DNA of 61,021 bases, filler included, from Circinaria calcarea (lineage: Eukaryota), in NCBI GenBank assembly GCA_051942165.1. It is 3 parts of 3 records of this genome, joined end to end, with 100 filler letters (N's around TTAATTAATTAA, not from the genome) between each part and the next. Parts side by side here need not be neighbours in the genome. Positions count along the whole stretch, not along the records: positions 1 to 20,299 come from JAVECS010000180.1; positions 20,400 to 40,663 come from JAVECS010000181.1; 1 more part is not named here. The stretch is one strand, 5' to 3'. The notes beneath the pieces were generated by a model that did not search any database, was not told the origin of the DNA, and was given only the letters and a program-made list of their open reading frames with translations. Shown one piece after another: positions 13,356 through 24,956 of the stretch. The position numbers and the translations under genes are program-made. Numbering within the stretch: the first letter of the stretch is position 1; the number at the start of each line of letters is the position of its first letter.

Positions 13356-13464
13356 AGACTTTATAGCCGACAATACTCCTTTCTTTTTTATTCAACACAT
13401 ACTAAGTAGGGTTTATTTTCATTATAAGAAACGATAATTTTTTTGAAAGCGTTACAAAAAAGGA

Positions 13465-14640
13465 GCTACCCTATTTCTTCAACCTTTCTTTCAGGGGGCG
13501 ACATCCAACTTGGTTTAAAGTTTTCGGGATATCCCCTTTCAGGGTGCCACCTGCCATCAAAGAGTATGCTGACAACTTCTGCTCATAATCGACCATATCG
13601 TCATAAACGTCATTCTTATATTCATCGCTTACAAAGGAAAATCCAGAGTCATTCTTTCTCTCTTTTCTTCTCTCCTCATCATTGTTATTTTCTCCTGCAT
13701 GGTTACCCGAGCCAGTATCTGGATCGACAATGCTTGACGTTTTGCGTTTCTTTGACAGAGATTCACTTCGGGGGTTGGGCGATGGTTAATGATGACTTCC
13801 TTCGTTGTGGGGCAGTGGGGAATCGGGGGGTAGGCCAGCAGTATCGTGTGAACGTGGCGGATCATTTGGAGGTGTGGCAGCCCGAATAATGTCTGGGCAA
13901 CTAGAATGGTAGAGATGTTAAGGAAGCTTCCGTGGTGAACATCGATTTAGACTTCCTCAACGTACCGGAACAACGGAGATGGTAGGGTAGCTGCTAATGT
14001 CGACCGCTGGGAGAAGAACTTGCCACAAGCCGAGCTGACGGGGTCTGCTGGTCGCCGAAGATATTAACAGTCTGCGTCCGATCGATCTTGCTATTGGCAA
14101 AGCGTGCGAGAGAGCCAATGCCTTGATGTTTTTCTGGTATTGCCCCATGACTGTGGGACGACGAGATGCGCCTTCACAAAGTCGTCGAGGAGATGATCAT
14201 GGCATCAACAACTGTGCCGGGAGGATAGGAGCTGTTTTCAAGCAGCCTAAATAGCTCCAAGGTACCATAGCAATGACCGCCATACCACTATAACAGAGGG
14301 CCTATCCTCGGGGAACTCAAGAGTCTCAGAAGTGGTCGGTGCTGGGGGCGGCAAGGGGGACCAGGTATTATCGTCGGACTCAGCTTTCAGGCGGCTGTTG
14401 AGGGAACCGGTGTGTAGAGCCTGCATTGGAGGATTAATGTTATTACTGTGGTTAGACACGCGGTGGAGATGATCGAGCGTACCTTATAGTCAGGATCGGT
14501 GACGGAGGACGAAGAGCATGATCAAAGTTGCGGGATGTCGATACAGTGCGGATGTTGCTTCCCAGCCTCCCAGAATTCCGAGCCCGGATACCTTGGCAGG
14601 ATTTAGTGTCAATAACTTGATTCGTTTGTGTTCAACATTC
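13465..14640 (-). pseudogene. Probable decayed gene of unknown family
   Basis: Protein-like segments in shifting frames with stops (ALHTGSLNSRLKAESDD.., DDEERRKEKENDSGFSFVSDEYKNDVYDDMVDYEQKL) and a remnant GTACGC..CAG intron. Confidence 0.3.
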
Positions 14641-14791
14641 AAGACGAGGTAATGCCGATCATCAAAAGAGTGTCAGTTGAAGGAGAACATAAAACATATA
14701 GAAATATTCTTCTGAAACTCTCGTATGGCCATGGTTTTCTACCACGACAGGACTAAGTCCATCCTAGCTGGAAAGCTAAAAAAAAATGCAC

Positions 14792-14796
14792 TATAA
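14792..14796 (+). promoter_or_regulatory. TATA-like element about 29 nt upstream of the 5S gene
   Basis: TATAA at -29 to -25, the position known for dispersed Neurospora 5S genes. Confidence 0.55.
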
Positions 14797-14820
14797 TTTA
14801 CAATAAGAGAGATGTCTTTC

Positions 14821-14939
14821 ACATACGACCATAGACTCAAGAGAATTGGGCATCCCGTCCGCTCTGCCATACACAAGCTTGAGATCGGCTGATTAGTAGT
14901 TGGGTGGGTGACCACCAGCGAATACCAGCTGTTGTATGT
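14821..14939 (+). rRNA. 5S ribosomal RNA gene, dispersed copy
   Basis: ACATACGACCATAG..GGGCATCCCGTCCGCTCTGCC..TTAGTAGTTGGGTGGGTGACCACCAGCGAATAC..TGTTGTATGT; 119 nt; ends pair (ACATACGAC/GTTGTATGT). Confidence 0.97.
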
Positions 14940-14949
14940 TTTTATTTTT
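14939..14949 (+). terminator. RNA polymerase III oligo-T terminator
   Basis: TTTTTATTTTT directly after the 5S gene. Confidence 0.8.
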
Positions 14950-15053
14950 GGCCCTTATTATATTAGGAGCACCTTTCAAGACATATATAACTCGAGTAGC
15001 TTTTTGGAATACCTGGCTTCCACGGTAATTGTCTACCACATCCATCAACATCT

Positions 15054-15430
15054 GGAAAATTGCAATTTTGACCCTAAAAGTATGGAATTTGCAATTTTAT
15101 GCCCCAAGTTGCAATTTTGACCCCACCCTCAAATTTTTAAGGATTGACCTTCTGTTACTAGAAGGTGGTTATTATTAAGGTCACGCGGAAGGTCATTGTT
15201 ATTGTTATTGTCGCAAAGACCCATTGTTGCAGAGATCACCATCGCAGAGGCCACTGCCGCCAGTGGCATTGCGATAGTGGCATTGCGATACAGTTACGAC
15301 AGCGACCCACTGAAAACCGCGACAGTGAACTTAGCCTATTAACCTCGGGCCGGGTTCTTAGGCTAATACCCTCCTAACAATAGTGTCCCCTAAAAATTGG
15401 GGGTGGGGTATGAAATTGCAAATTTCCGTG
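15054..15430. mobile_element. MITE-like non-autonomous element with imperfect terminal inverted repeats
   Basis: Left: three TTGCAATTTT units, then GACCCCACCCTCAAATTTTTAAGG. Right end reverse-complement: GGAAATTTGCAATTTCATACCCCACCCCCAATTTTTAGGGG. Interior has short tandem repeats (AGTGGCATTGCGAT x2). No clear target-site duplication. Confidence 0.6.
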
Positions 15431-15458
15431 AAACTAAATCACAAAGATACAACCTTTT

Positions 15459-17589
15459 CTATTTCAGGATATAATCAATTTTAACACATTTGGGCTTCCA
15501 AAGATCTTCCTCGATATCAGAAACTTGATCCATTCCTCTGATCAGGGGCCAGATCGGGATATAGCCTTAGAGTTATTAGCGGGTAAGTTAAGACAAAGAT
15601 GGAGGAAGGGGAAGCTAACATCTTTCCTTTCGAGTTACAAGCTGTGCGTTAGCTAAGCCTTCGTTGAAAGAAACAAGAATCGCAAGAAGAAAGGGTTAAG
15701 TTAATAGAGAGCGTCAGAGAAACTCACATCCCATTGGCATCTCTTCACGCACCTTGTCCAATCTGCGGCCCATCCCAACCACGCCATCAGTTCTTCTGTT
15801 TTCCGTTTCCATCTTACCTCTTCTATCTTCAGGCTAACTTTCCAAGGGGTATCAATTCTGGCGTCGACTTCAGTGTTGAGCCCACGAGACCATTCGCGCT
15901 CGACTGAGAATCCCAAATCGATGATTGCGGAGCAGATTCCGCCCAAGGTTTCTTCTACCGCTAGCTTCAAGGTCGCTTCTTCGGGGTTTAGAAAGATGCC
16001 TTCTTCTGGGGCGAGAAGACGAGTGTGATGGTAGCGGCAGCGGGAATACGTTATTTGAGCTAGAGGCGAGGACAGGCTCCATATATTGCCCAATCCGCTT
16101 GCGTTGTCCGGACAAGAGGGGTATTCGAAGAACGGTAACAGAAAGCCATGGGTAAGGTCTCTTACAGCGGCAAGCCGAGTCTGAGATGCTATGTGGTTTA
16201 TCCTCCCTGGCGAACCCTTTGCGTCAGTAAGTACATTGAGGAGCTCAATCAGACTAGAATAATAACGCTGGACAATCTCGTCGATAAGGCTTCTCCAGTC
16301 GATTCCGCTACATTCTCGAGAACCGCCTCCAGAACCTTGCGTAATTCTGAGTAGGACACGTTCTACGGCTTTATTCATTATCACGGCTTCCGATTCGGTT
16401 ACGCTATCGAGCTGGTGATTTCTGCGGCGCCGAGTGAGGTCCTTCAGCGCAGCGCCTCTGTCTCCTTCTTTTCCAGGACCGCGCCAGGCTCCCGTCTCGG
16501 TAAGATTGAGAAAGTCTCGTTCGTCTTTCGCTGTGGCAAGAGCCTGGTTCTCGGACCAGGATGAGTAAAAGCTCAGCAGACCGCATATAACAGGTCTCAC
16601 GCGGGACTCGCCGCCGCTGAATCCTGCGTCGGAAATACCGTAATGCCGAGTTACACTGACGAACCACTGCCATGCCTGAGATCTGACAAATGGCTCTCGG
16701 TCATTCGTCGGCGCGTTTGGTTGTTCCGGAGTGGTTGTCGGATCGATTGGATTCGATGTGCGCGTAGGGAGAGGAAACTGAGTCTGTCGAAAACCTCGGG
16801 CATGCTCCGAGTTACCAGTACTTTTATCTTTGGGGAGCAGTGGCGCGGTAACGTTCAGATGTGATACTAGGCGCAGCGAGGGACTTGTGAAATTACACCA
16901 AATAAGCTCAAATCCAGCACTCATTCTGATAATGCCCTCGACGCCCCATCCAGGTCCCCCGAGTCCCTTTCCTTGCAACCAGTTACAAAGCCCCACAGCA
17001 CGAGCATACTCCTTAATAATATCCTTTTGAGACCCATCTCTTGGGGGTCCGGTTGTATTCCCATATATAAACAGCATCTGGCTATCAAGTTGACCACGGC
17101 CCATAAGAGTCCCAGATTGGCCATCAAAGTAGATACAGTATATAGGTCGTGTTGTTTGATACGTCAGCATGTGGGAATTCTGGAAAGAACCCATAATGCC
17201 ATACGCCATTTCTCTACCAGATTCATACTTTAGCCATGATTATCCCCAGTGCTTGAGAATCATAGAGAAAAGATTTACATATCAAATGCGAACCATTCTG
17301 GACTCGTTGGGAAGTCTCCATCTCTTCGTCCATGGTAAAGTTTCGTATAGGCTGGGAGTTCGCAAGGGAGGATATTATGGCCGTTGGGAAAGAAGGTACT
17401 GGGCCACTGACGGAGGAGAGCATGTACGGAAGCAAACAGATGAGGCGCCGCAGAGGAGAAATTGAAGATCGGCTGATTCGGGATATTCGTTACTTCAGCA
17501 GGCGAAATGAAAACTCGCTGTTGATCGTTCAGAAGTCCATGCACACGAATAACGAAACTTAGGAGCAAAAAGACAAAGGCTGGGAACAT
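15459..17589 (-). CDS. Conserved fungal secreted protein of unknown function, probably 4 exons
   Basis: Signal peptide MFPAFVFLLLSFVIRVHG, LLRQWPSTFFPNGHNI..LYHGR..PEWFAFD, EGIIRMSAGFELIWCNF, LMAWLGWA, C-terminal CYIPIWP..KPKC; TAG at 15459-15461. Confidence 0.8.
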
Positions 17590-18342
17590 ATTTATAATTA
17601 TTACGAGCCTTTAAAAAGATATCGATCTATAGGCACTTACCTAGGACGGGGTCAAAAGGATAATTTTAAAAAAAAGGCGGGGCATATGGTTACTTCGAAA
17701 GCCGAGTGCGCCTAAAGCGCGAAAAATAGTGGAAACAGCGCTAATTAGGCGCGTCTTTCGTTCCATATCTCAGCCACCCCTCGGGTGTTCTCCTACCCGC
17801 ATTCCATGCACACCTCCTTTCTCTCTTTTTCGCTTAGCAATGCGGCTAATTTTACAGCCACCAAGTCTTAATATCGGATTAGGAACAGAATGTGCCTCTT
17901 CGTTAGGCAGGGGCTTAGGTGTTTGCGTTCCGTTTGCCATATCTGTCTTTGTGCTTGGAGATGGGATCTTGGAATTTGCTCTCTGTTTTCCTGCCTTTTG
18001 TTGCTTCCAATACGTTAGGTCGGACCGCGAGTTTGTATAATAGTATTTTTGGTTATCAGGCCATGTAAGTTGAATTACAGCAGCTCTAGCGCATTGTTTT
18101 CAATCTCCATGACAAAGAACTCTCTAGACGAATCGCCCCTGACAAGACTTTGGCTTTCTTATGGTCAGCTGTGAATCTACTGGTTCCTCAGCCTTTCCCT
18201 CTATGCGATTCGGTAACTGTATAACGTAGCAACCTTCCACTAGTTTTACGTCTCCAAGTTTCCAGCACGACGCATTCAAGTGTATTATTCGTGGTTGTAT
18301 ATGGTGAGCCAAAAAAAAAATTCTGCCGAGAAGGATGTGAAT

Positions 18343-19310
18343 TCAATCTTGAAGCATGGCGACAATCTCATTGTACCCCTTCTGCATCGCAAGTTGCAAC
18401 GCCGTCTGTCCCTTCGAAGATTTAATCTCCCGATCCGCCCCTTTCCGCAGCAACAGCTCCACCATATCGCTTTTCCCGGATTTCGCGGCATGATGTAACG
18501 CGTTCTCCATTCCGAGAATGGAAATAAGTGAGCCACAACGATCGCCGGTATAATTTTGCATCGCAAACGCATCCACGGGGGCTCCTTGATCCAGCAGGTA
18601 CTCGGCCACTTCTAAGCGGCCGGGTTCTCCTCTGGCGTGTGCGATGGCGGCATTTGCAATGACGTCTGTGGACTTGACGTTCGCGCCGTTGCTGATTAGC
18701 AGACGGATTACGGCGAGAGGGGCGTGCTGGGCGGCGCTTTCCATGGGGATCCTGCCCATGGCGCAGGTAGCGTTAGGGTCAGCACCGTGTGACAGATACC
18801 ATTTGATAAGCTCTTCGTTGCTCACTACTAACCTGGGTCTTATTAGGATGGGTGCGAGAGTGATGGACCTGGTATTTACCTGAGCGTAGAACCGACAGTC
18901 AAGCCAAAAGGTTGGTTGATATTCCAGCCGTGATCAAGGAGTATTTGGAGAGTGGATGTACTTCCGGTTTCGACAGCACGATCTGCTGCTACTTCGGCTG
19001 CCATTGGATCGATTGGGATACGCTGGTCTAGTAGATAGGAGACTACCGAGTCATGCCCGTTCCTTACAGCGGGTTCAACGGCAGACTGGAAGTAATCCAG
19101 GGCCTCTTCCGCGATTAGACCTCCGTTGGCTGGTTCCCGCCAAGAGGAGAGGATGTTTTGGACCTCGGAGACGTTGCCAGCGGCGGTCACATTATCTAAC
19201 TTGGTTGACGCGGCTAAGAGGAGTCGATTCGGGTTTGGGAATCGTGAGTATCCAACTGGAGGCAGCTGTGGTCGGTCGACATCTGGCTCTATCAATCCAC
19301 AGGTATTCAT
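18343..19310 (-). CDS. Ankyrin-repeat protein, 2 exons
   Basis: Repeats such as AVRNGHDSVVSYLL, YLSHGADPN, ALHHAAKSGKSDMVELLLRKGAD, GQTALQLA; intron 18833-18879. Confidence 0.9.
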
Positions 19311-19844
19311 TATTAATTTGATGTAAATATATAAGCAGTGGATTATAAGTAACCACAAGGGAAGGTGTATAGTAAAAGACTGGACATGATGTATCTAAGA
19401 ATGGTAACTAGAGGAAACTCGGAATAGGCCTGCGAATCGTAAGGCGAATCTGTGGCCAAAATCATTGAAGGGGCGGGTCAATGTTCCAATGATTGGAGGT
19501 CAGAGGAAGGGAGAGGAAGGATTAATAACTATCCGCTGATGACAGAAGGGGGCTAGAGCTGTAATCACCAAAACACTCCAGTACGTTACTTGAATCTTAC
19601 AGGGTTCGTGCGTACTGAATCTCTCGGATCAAAAACTAAAAGCCGCAAGCGCGGGCGGCCATGCAGTACAGTTGCAACGACGTCGATGTCCCCGTCTCCT
19701 GGATTCACCATAACAGCTTAGAAGACTGCCGCGCTCCTGTGCTCTCTTACGTATCAGTCTATATATTAGTTTACCTTCTCTTCTGCCACCCCGGCTTGCT
19801 AGATTCCCGGGTACACCCCTCATAGCCTTATAGCATTTCATAAG

Positions 19845-20299
19845 ATGGCGAAAGAAGTCAGTCATTTCACAAGTCACTATCGTTCGTTCAGTTTGGGTAA
19901 CAAATCCTACAGCTGTCTCCGCCATTCTCCGCCTCTTCCAGCCCTGTTAGATCCAGGCGAGTATCACAGGCGATAAGCTCGATATCTACATTGCCGACCG
20001 CATACCATGATCGAAACCACAATCTAGTACGCCTTGGCAGCGACGCCCTAGCTTTCATAGTTCTGGATCTAGACGTCTCGAGACTCAACCAAATACACCG
20101 TTACTTGTGGCTTGCGGGAAGACCAACGAGCGCCCGGTCTTTGCACCGACAAAAGATGATGGAACGCCAAATCATAATCACCGAACAGGCCGACTTGCAT
20201 TTGACATGGCATGAGTCGCGGATTTTCCTGAAGCCTCTCCCGGACTATATCTTCGACGAGCAATTGTGGAAAAAGACTATTTGCAACAATGCTGTATTG
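19845..20299 (+). CDS. DUF6601-like fungal protein, truncated by contig end
   Basis: MAKE|LSPPFS.. (intron 19857-19912), LDVSRLNQIHRYLWLAGRP..LHRQ..IIITEQADLHLTW..RIFLKPLP. Confidence 0.72.
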
Positions 20300-20399
20300 N
20301 NNNNNNNNNNNNNNNNNNNNNNNNNNNNNNNNNNNNNNNNNNNTTAATTAATTAANNNNNNNNNNNNNNNNNNNNNNNNNNNNNNNNNNNNNNNNNNNN
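20300..20399. other. Artificial contig spacer with stops in all six frames
   Basis: 44 N + TTAATTAATTAA + 44 N. Confidence 0.98.
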
Positions 20400-21809
20400 C
20401 TCTCTCTCCCCACTTTCTTCCGCCCGCCATGCCCAATACTCACCCAGTCTCACCTCCGCATACGCCGCGTAGTCGAAATCGATCTGCGAGATCTCCGCTT
20501 GGATGAGGGCCCAGATACCCCAGTATAGACCGGGGATGCCACGAAAGCGGTCAACTTGCTCGAAGAGAATCTGGACTTCGATGTCGAGATCCGGGGTTGA
20601 AGGGGTAGATGAAAGGGAGGGGGAACTTGAGGGGGAGGATTTTAGGTGGAGATGGTAGCTTTGGAGGTATTCGTGCAGGAAGGAACGTCGGTGAAAGCAG
20701 GTGGGAAGCACAGAATAGTTGCATTCGAAACCACCCCATTCAGAGAAGTGGTTTGCTATGTCGAAGGCTGCCGGAGAGGGTGTTGCGTATTCGTAGTCGA
20801 TGAAGGAGACGGCTTCGACTTTGGAAGGAGCGGAGTGGGAGGGCGAAGGGGGCTGAATGATTATGTTTCCGGACAGGAGGTCACAGTGGCCGAAGACGAG
20901 CTAGGAGGTTGCTTAGAGGGGAGAGTTTTAGGAACGTTTAGGGAGAGGGACGTACACCATCTTTACCTAGTCCTGGAGTGTCTCCGAGTTCTGCGACTGT
21001 CTGTTTAAGTTGTTGTTGTAGTACGGCTTTTCGGTTTTGCTGGGCCACGCTGCCTGTAGGAAGAGCGAGAATCCATTTCTGCATCACTGTCCAGATATTC
21101 GGGGTTACCTTGTTGGGCGTGATGGCGTTTATCTCAGCATGCGTTGGCATAGTCTTGGCGGGCGAGAAAGCCAGTGTTATCTCCTCCTGATCATATGATC
21201 GTTCTTCCGTAGGTTCTGTGGCAATGATGGGTAAAGTAGCATGCCATTCGGCGAGCCTACGTGCTACCCCCTTCCAGACCGCCTCTCGTGTAAGATCCGC
21301 GGACGAACAGACCTGACCTGGTATGAACCTGTACATCAACCCATTCTGAAAGCGAGCAAGCAGTGGGGGTGCGAGGTTGTGTTGTGCGAGGAGCGAGTGG
21401 GAGATGGTTTCTCCTACGTGGTTGATTAACAAACGGTAGCTTGTATCATTTTGCTAAAAGAGAAACCTTACTATCGCGGTCAATGAGCACTTCTGTGCCC
21501 TTACCGTACGCCCGGAGGAGGACTGCCTCAAGGTCTATCTGCTCCTGGGTATAACCGGGTCGTTTCTTGATTGCTTTCAGCAGCTATGATCCCTTAGTTT
21601 AGAATCACCCTGACGTACTCTGTAGTTGGTTCACATACAGTATTGGTGATACCGTCTGTGAACCTGATAAACTCGACATTGCCCTCCGAATGCTCCCATT
21701 CCGGAAACAGACTGAACACCAATCGCAACGCGGACGACTGAGAGTCGGCGTTGTTGTATGTGAGGGAGAGATGCCGGACGGATTCCGAGGGGTTCGTTGG
21801 AGTCTGCAT
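20400..21809 (-). CDS. Ethanolamine/choline kinase, 4 exons, C-terminus cut by contig end
   Basis: FTDGITNT|LLK, LLRAYGKGTEVLIDR, LLARFQNGLMY, FGHCDLLSGN, FIDYEYAT, FRGIPGLYWGIWALIQA..IDFDY. Confidence 0.92.
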
Positions 21810-22189
21810 CGTAACGGACTAGGGACTAGGGACTAGGGCCAAATGACGTGAAAGGTGACAGCCCGGGGATGATGTAGTCATTCGTATGTATTCAACGTGC
21901 TTTGGCTTGGAATTCGATGAATTTTTCGCGAGGGCCGACTGGAATAGGTAATTGCCCATGTGAGCATCCAATCGATGACACAACCGGTGCCCGGAGAATT
22001 CCTGATATCCACGAACAAGGATCTTCTAGGTCAGCCCTATCCGTACACCACACCACCGTCAACAGTCAAGCTTTTCTGATATACCCTTAGGTGGCTGTTT
22101 TCTCACTCGAGTCTGCCGGATAGGACAACACGAATCTTGACCATATTAGGTAGGGCATAAGACCTATCTCGCCTATCTGGAGGGCTTGG

Positions 22190-22220
22190 CCATTGGCATT
22201 GGCATTGGCATTGGCATTGG
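22190..22220. repeat. (CATTGG)n microsatellite in the kinase/CLC divergent intergenic region
   Basis: Five tandem CATTGG units. Confidence 0.85.
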
Positions 22221-22428
22221 CGCAGCGGGGCCTTATCATGCCCTGCGCGTTCTTATCTACGCTTGCCCACATCCATGCCATGAGCCCTCTGATAAGCGCA
22301 TGGAGTGGTGGAGATAATAAGATGCCTGATGGACGTTTAAAGGCTCGAGGGTTGGGCTGTTCTGACGAACATCTTCAAACCATGAGTCATCCAGCGTCTT
22401 ATGAAAAAACTACAGTCTTGTCGACAGC

Positions 22429-24956
22429 ATGCCGAAAGACGTCGAGCAAGCTAACGAGCAAAGTCACTTGCTGCCGCCGCACGGTGCCTATGATAGGCGA
22501 ATAAGCCTCATACAGCTCGAGGACGATGCTCGATCCATCATTTCCTCTCATGTGAGCAAAGAAGAGCAAGCCCTCGCCTCCACGTCGGTGGGGGAGAGAC
22601 TGCCTTACAATGACTATACCACGATTGACTGGCTTCATGATTTGGTAGGCCCGGTTTACTTTCTCTATTCTGCAGTCCGCTGAGGGACCCAGGTGAAAGA
22701 CTCTTTCAGACTACGGGCCATACACTCGCAGCCAGGACTCCGGTACAGACTGCATGCCGCCTTTGACTCTTGTGAAGGGTGGATCGCCGCAGCCCTCATC
22801 GGCGTTCTTACCGCTTGCGTTGCTTTCTTGGTGGATATTGCAGTAGCCACGGTAAGCGATTGGAAGTTGGGGTACTGCAAGACCAATGTCTTTATGAGTC
22901 GGGAAAATTGCTGTACGGACCGAAGTCCGCTTGGTTCGTTGGAGAAGGTAGGGGAAGACTGTCGTGCATGGCATAGCTGGACTTCGCACTACTGGGGGGC
23001 GTTCGGTATCTATGTTGGCTTTGCATTGGCATTCGGTGTCATCAGCTCCTCTGTCACGATGCTCACAAAGAGCACCTTACCGGCGGCCAGCCCGGGACAT
23101 GGCGACAAGTTCTCTGATCCCACCAAATTAACGGCAGGGGAACAGGGTGTTCTGGGCAAGTCCATGTACTTGGCTGCGGGGTCAGGCATACCCGAGATCA
23201 AGACTATCCTCTCCGGTTTTGTCATTCCCAACTTCCTTGACCTCAAAGTCTTGGTAGTAAAGGCAATAGGCGCGGTTTTTGCCGTATCGACGGGTATGTG
23301 CTTGGGAAAGGAAGGTCCATTCGTACACATCTCGACCTGTGTGGCATATCTGGTTGGGATGCGGTTTCCAAAATATCGCGAAAATGGTAGGAAATTGAGG
23401 GAGCTACTTAGTGCTGGTTGTTCGGCCGGCCTTTCGGTAGCTTTCGGCGCTCCCATTGGTGGTGTCCTCTTTAGTTATGAGGTATGAAGCCCTAAATCCA
23501 TGAGCGTCTATGCTGATAAATTCATAGGAGATTAGCACATACTTTCCTCGGAAGGTCCTTTGGCGAGCTTTCCTTTGCTCCCTATTTGCTGCAATGGTTC
23601 TCCGTGCTCTAAACCCCACAGGCACCGGCAAGCTCGTACTGTTCGAGACCAACTATGGCACGTCCTATCAACCTCAGCATTACCTGGTCTTTGTACTTCT
23701 CGGGGTTGCCGGGGGCTTATTCGGTGGTGTTTTTTGCAAGGCCAACTTTTTGTGGTCCAAGAGCTTTCGAAAGTACGGGATAATCAAAAATCATCCAGTT
23801 TTCGAAGTCTTCCTCGTGGTATTGGCGACAGCCCTCCTCCAATATCCCAATCCCCTAACCAGAGAGCCTGGCGACGTCATCATTAAGAACCTACTGATCG
23901 ACTGCCGCGATACTAATGAATCTTGGGTGTGCCAGATGGAGGCTAGAAATCAACGTTCTGGCTACATAGGGTGGCTCGTGTATGGAACAGTGGCCAAGTT
24001 ATTCCTTACCATCATCACATTCGGCTGCAAAGTCCCTTCGGGCATTATCATTCCGGCCCTCGACGCTGGGGCATTCTTTGGAAGACTGGTCGGTCAGTGG
24101 ATCACTACCATCTCCCCTGGTATATTCGCAATGGTTGGCGCAGCTGCGTTTTTGGCAGGCGTCTCCAGGATGACAATTTCCTTGTGCGTGATCATGTTTG
24201 AGGTAGGTTTGCCCACATCAAGGCCTACGCTGTAAGAAACTGACAGCCTTGTAGCTGACCGGCGAGTTGGAATATATTGTGCCGCATATGATTGCAATCT
24301 TGGTAGCGAAATGGGTCTCCGATGCCTTGGAGAAAGAAGGAGTGTATGATCTCGCGCAGACCGTGCTCGGTCACCCGTTTCTCGATCTAGACAATTCCAT
24401 GAGTCTTGTTCAAAAGGAGGCTGCCTTGGTCGAAGCCCTGATTCCTCCACGGCAGACCATGCACGAGATCACCGTCGATGTCCCCAAAGACGGCTTCATC
24501 GCTGGCACCATCCTCGAGGAGAAGCTGGAGCGTCTCAAGAGCAGAGGGCTTATGGACGCTGGCCTCGTCCTGGTTCAAAATGGCATGCTACAAGGCTACC
24601 TCGCCGAAGGCGAGCTGGACTTTGGTCTGAACGAGTTGGCCCGGACCTGGGGCTCTACGTCGCGGATCCGGTTGCTTGGGAACGCGGACGATGGGGAATT
24701 TGACCTGTCGATGTTTGTAGATCGGACGCCGTTGACGATTTGCGCGCAAGCGCCCATGGAGTATGCAGTAGAGATGTTTGGGAAACTGGGCTTGCGGTAT
24801 CTGTGCGTGGTGGAAGAGGGTTCGGGGAAGTTGCTGGGGGTATGTATAAATAGCAGACCCTCTCTAATCCTGTATGGGCTTTTCTTTGAGCTGACAAGGC
24901 TGCAGGTCATTATCAAGAAACGGCTTGTAGCCTGGCTGGAAGGAATCAAGCATTGA
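22429..24956 (+). CDS. CLC chloride channel/exchanger with CBS domains, 5 exons
   Basis: YNDYTTIDWLHD, GSGIPE, GKEGPFVH, AFGAPIGGVLF, KVPSGIIIP, SRMT, C-terminal CBS-like region. Confidence 0.95.

Noticed and set aside
17770..18100. WW-domain-like peptide on the minus strand (PDNQKYYYTNSRSDLTYWKQ)
   Set aside because: No start codon or first Trp in frame; too short to support.
19991..20711. ORFs running into the N spacer, and apparent DUF6601/kinase adjacency
   Set aside because: The stops come from the artificial linker; the two sides are different contigs.
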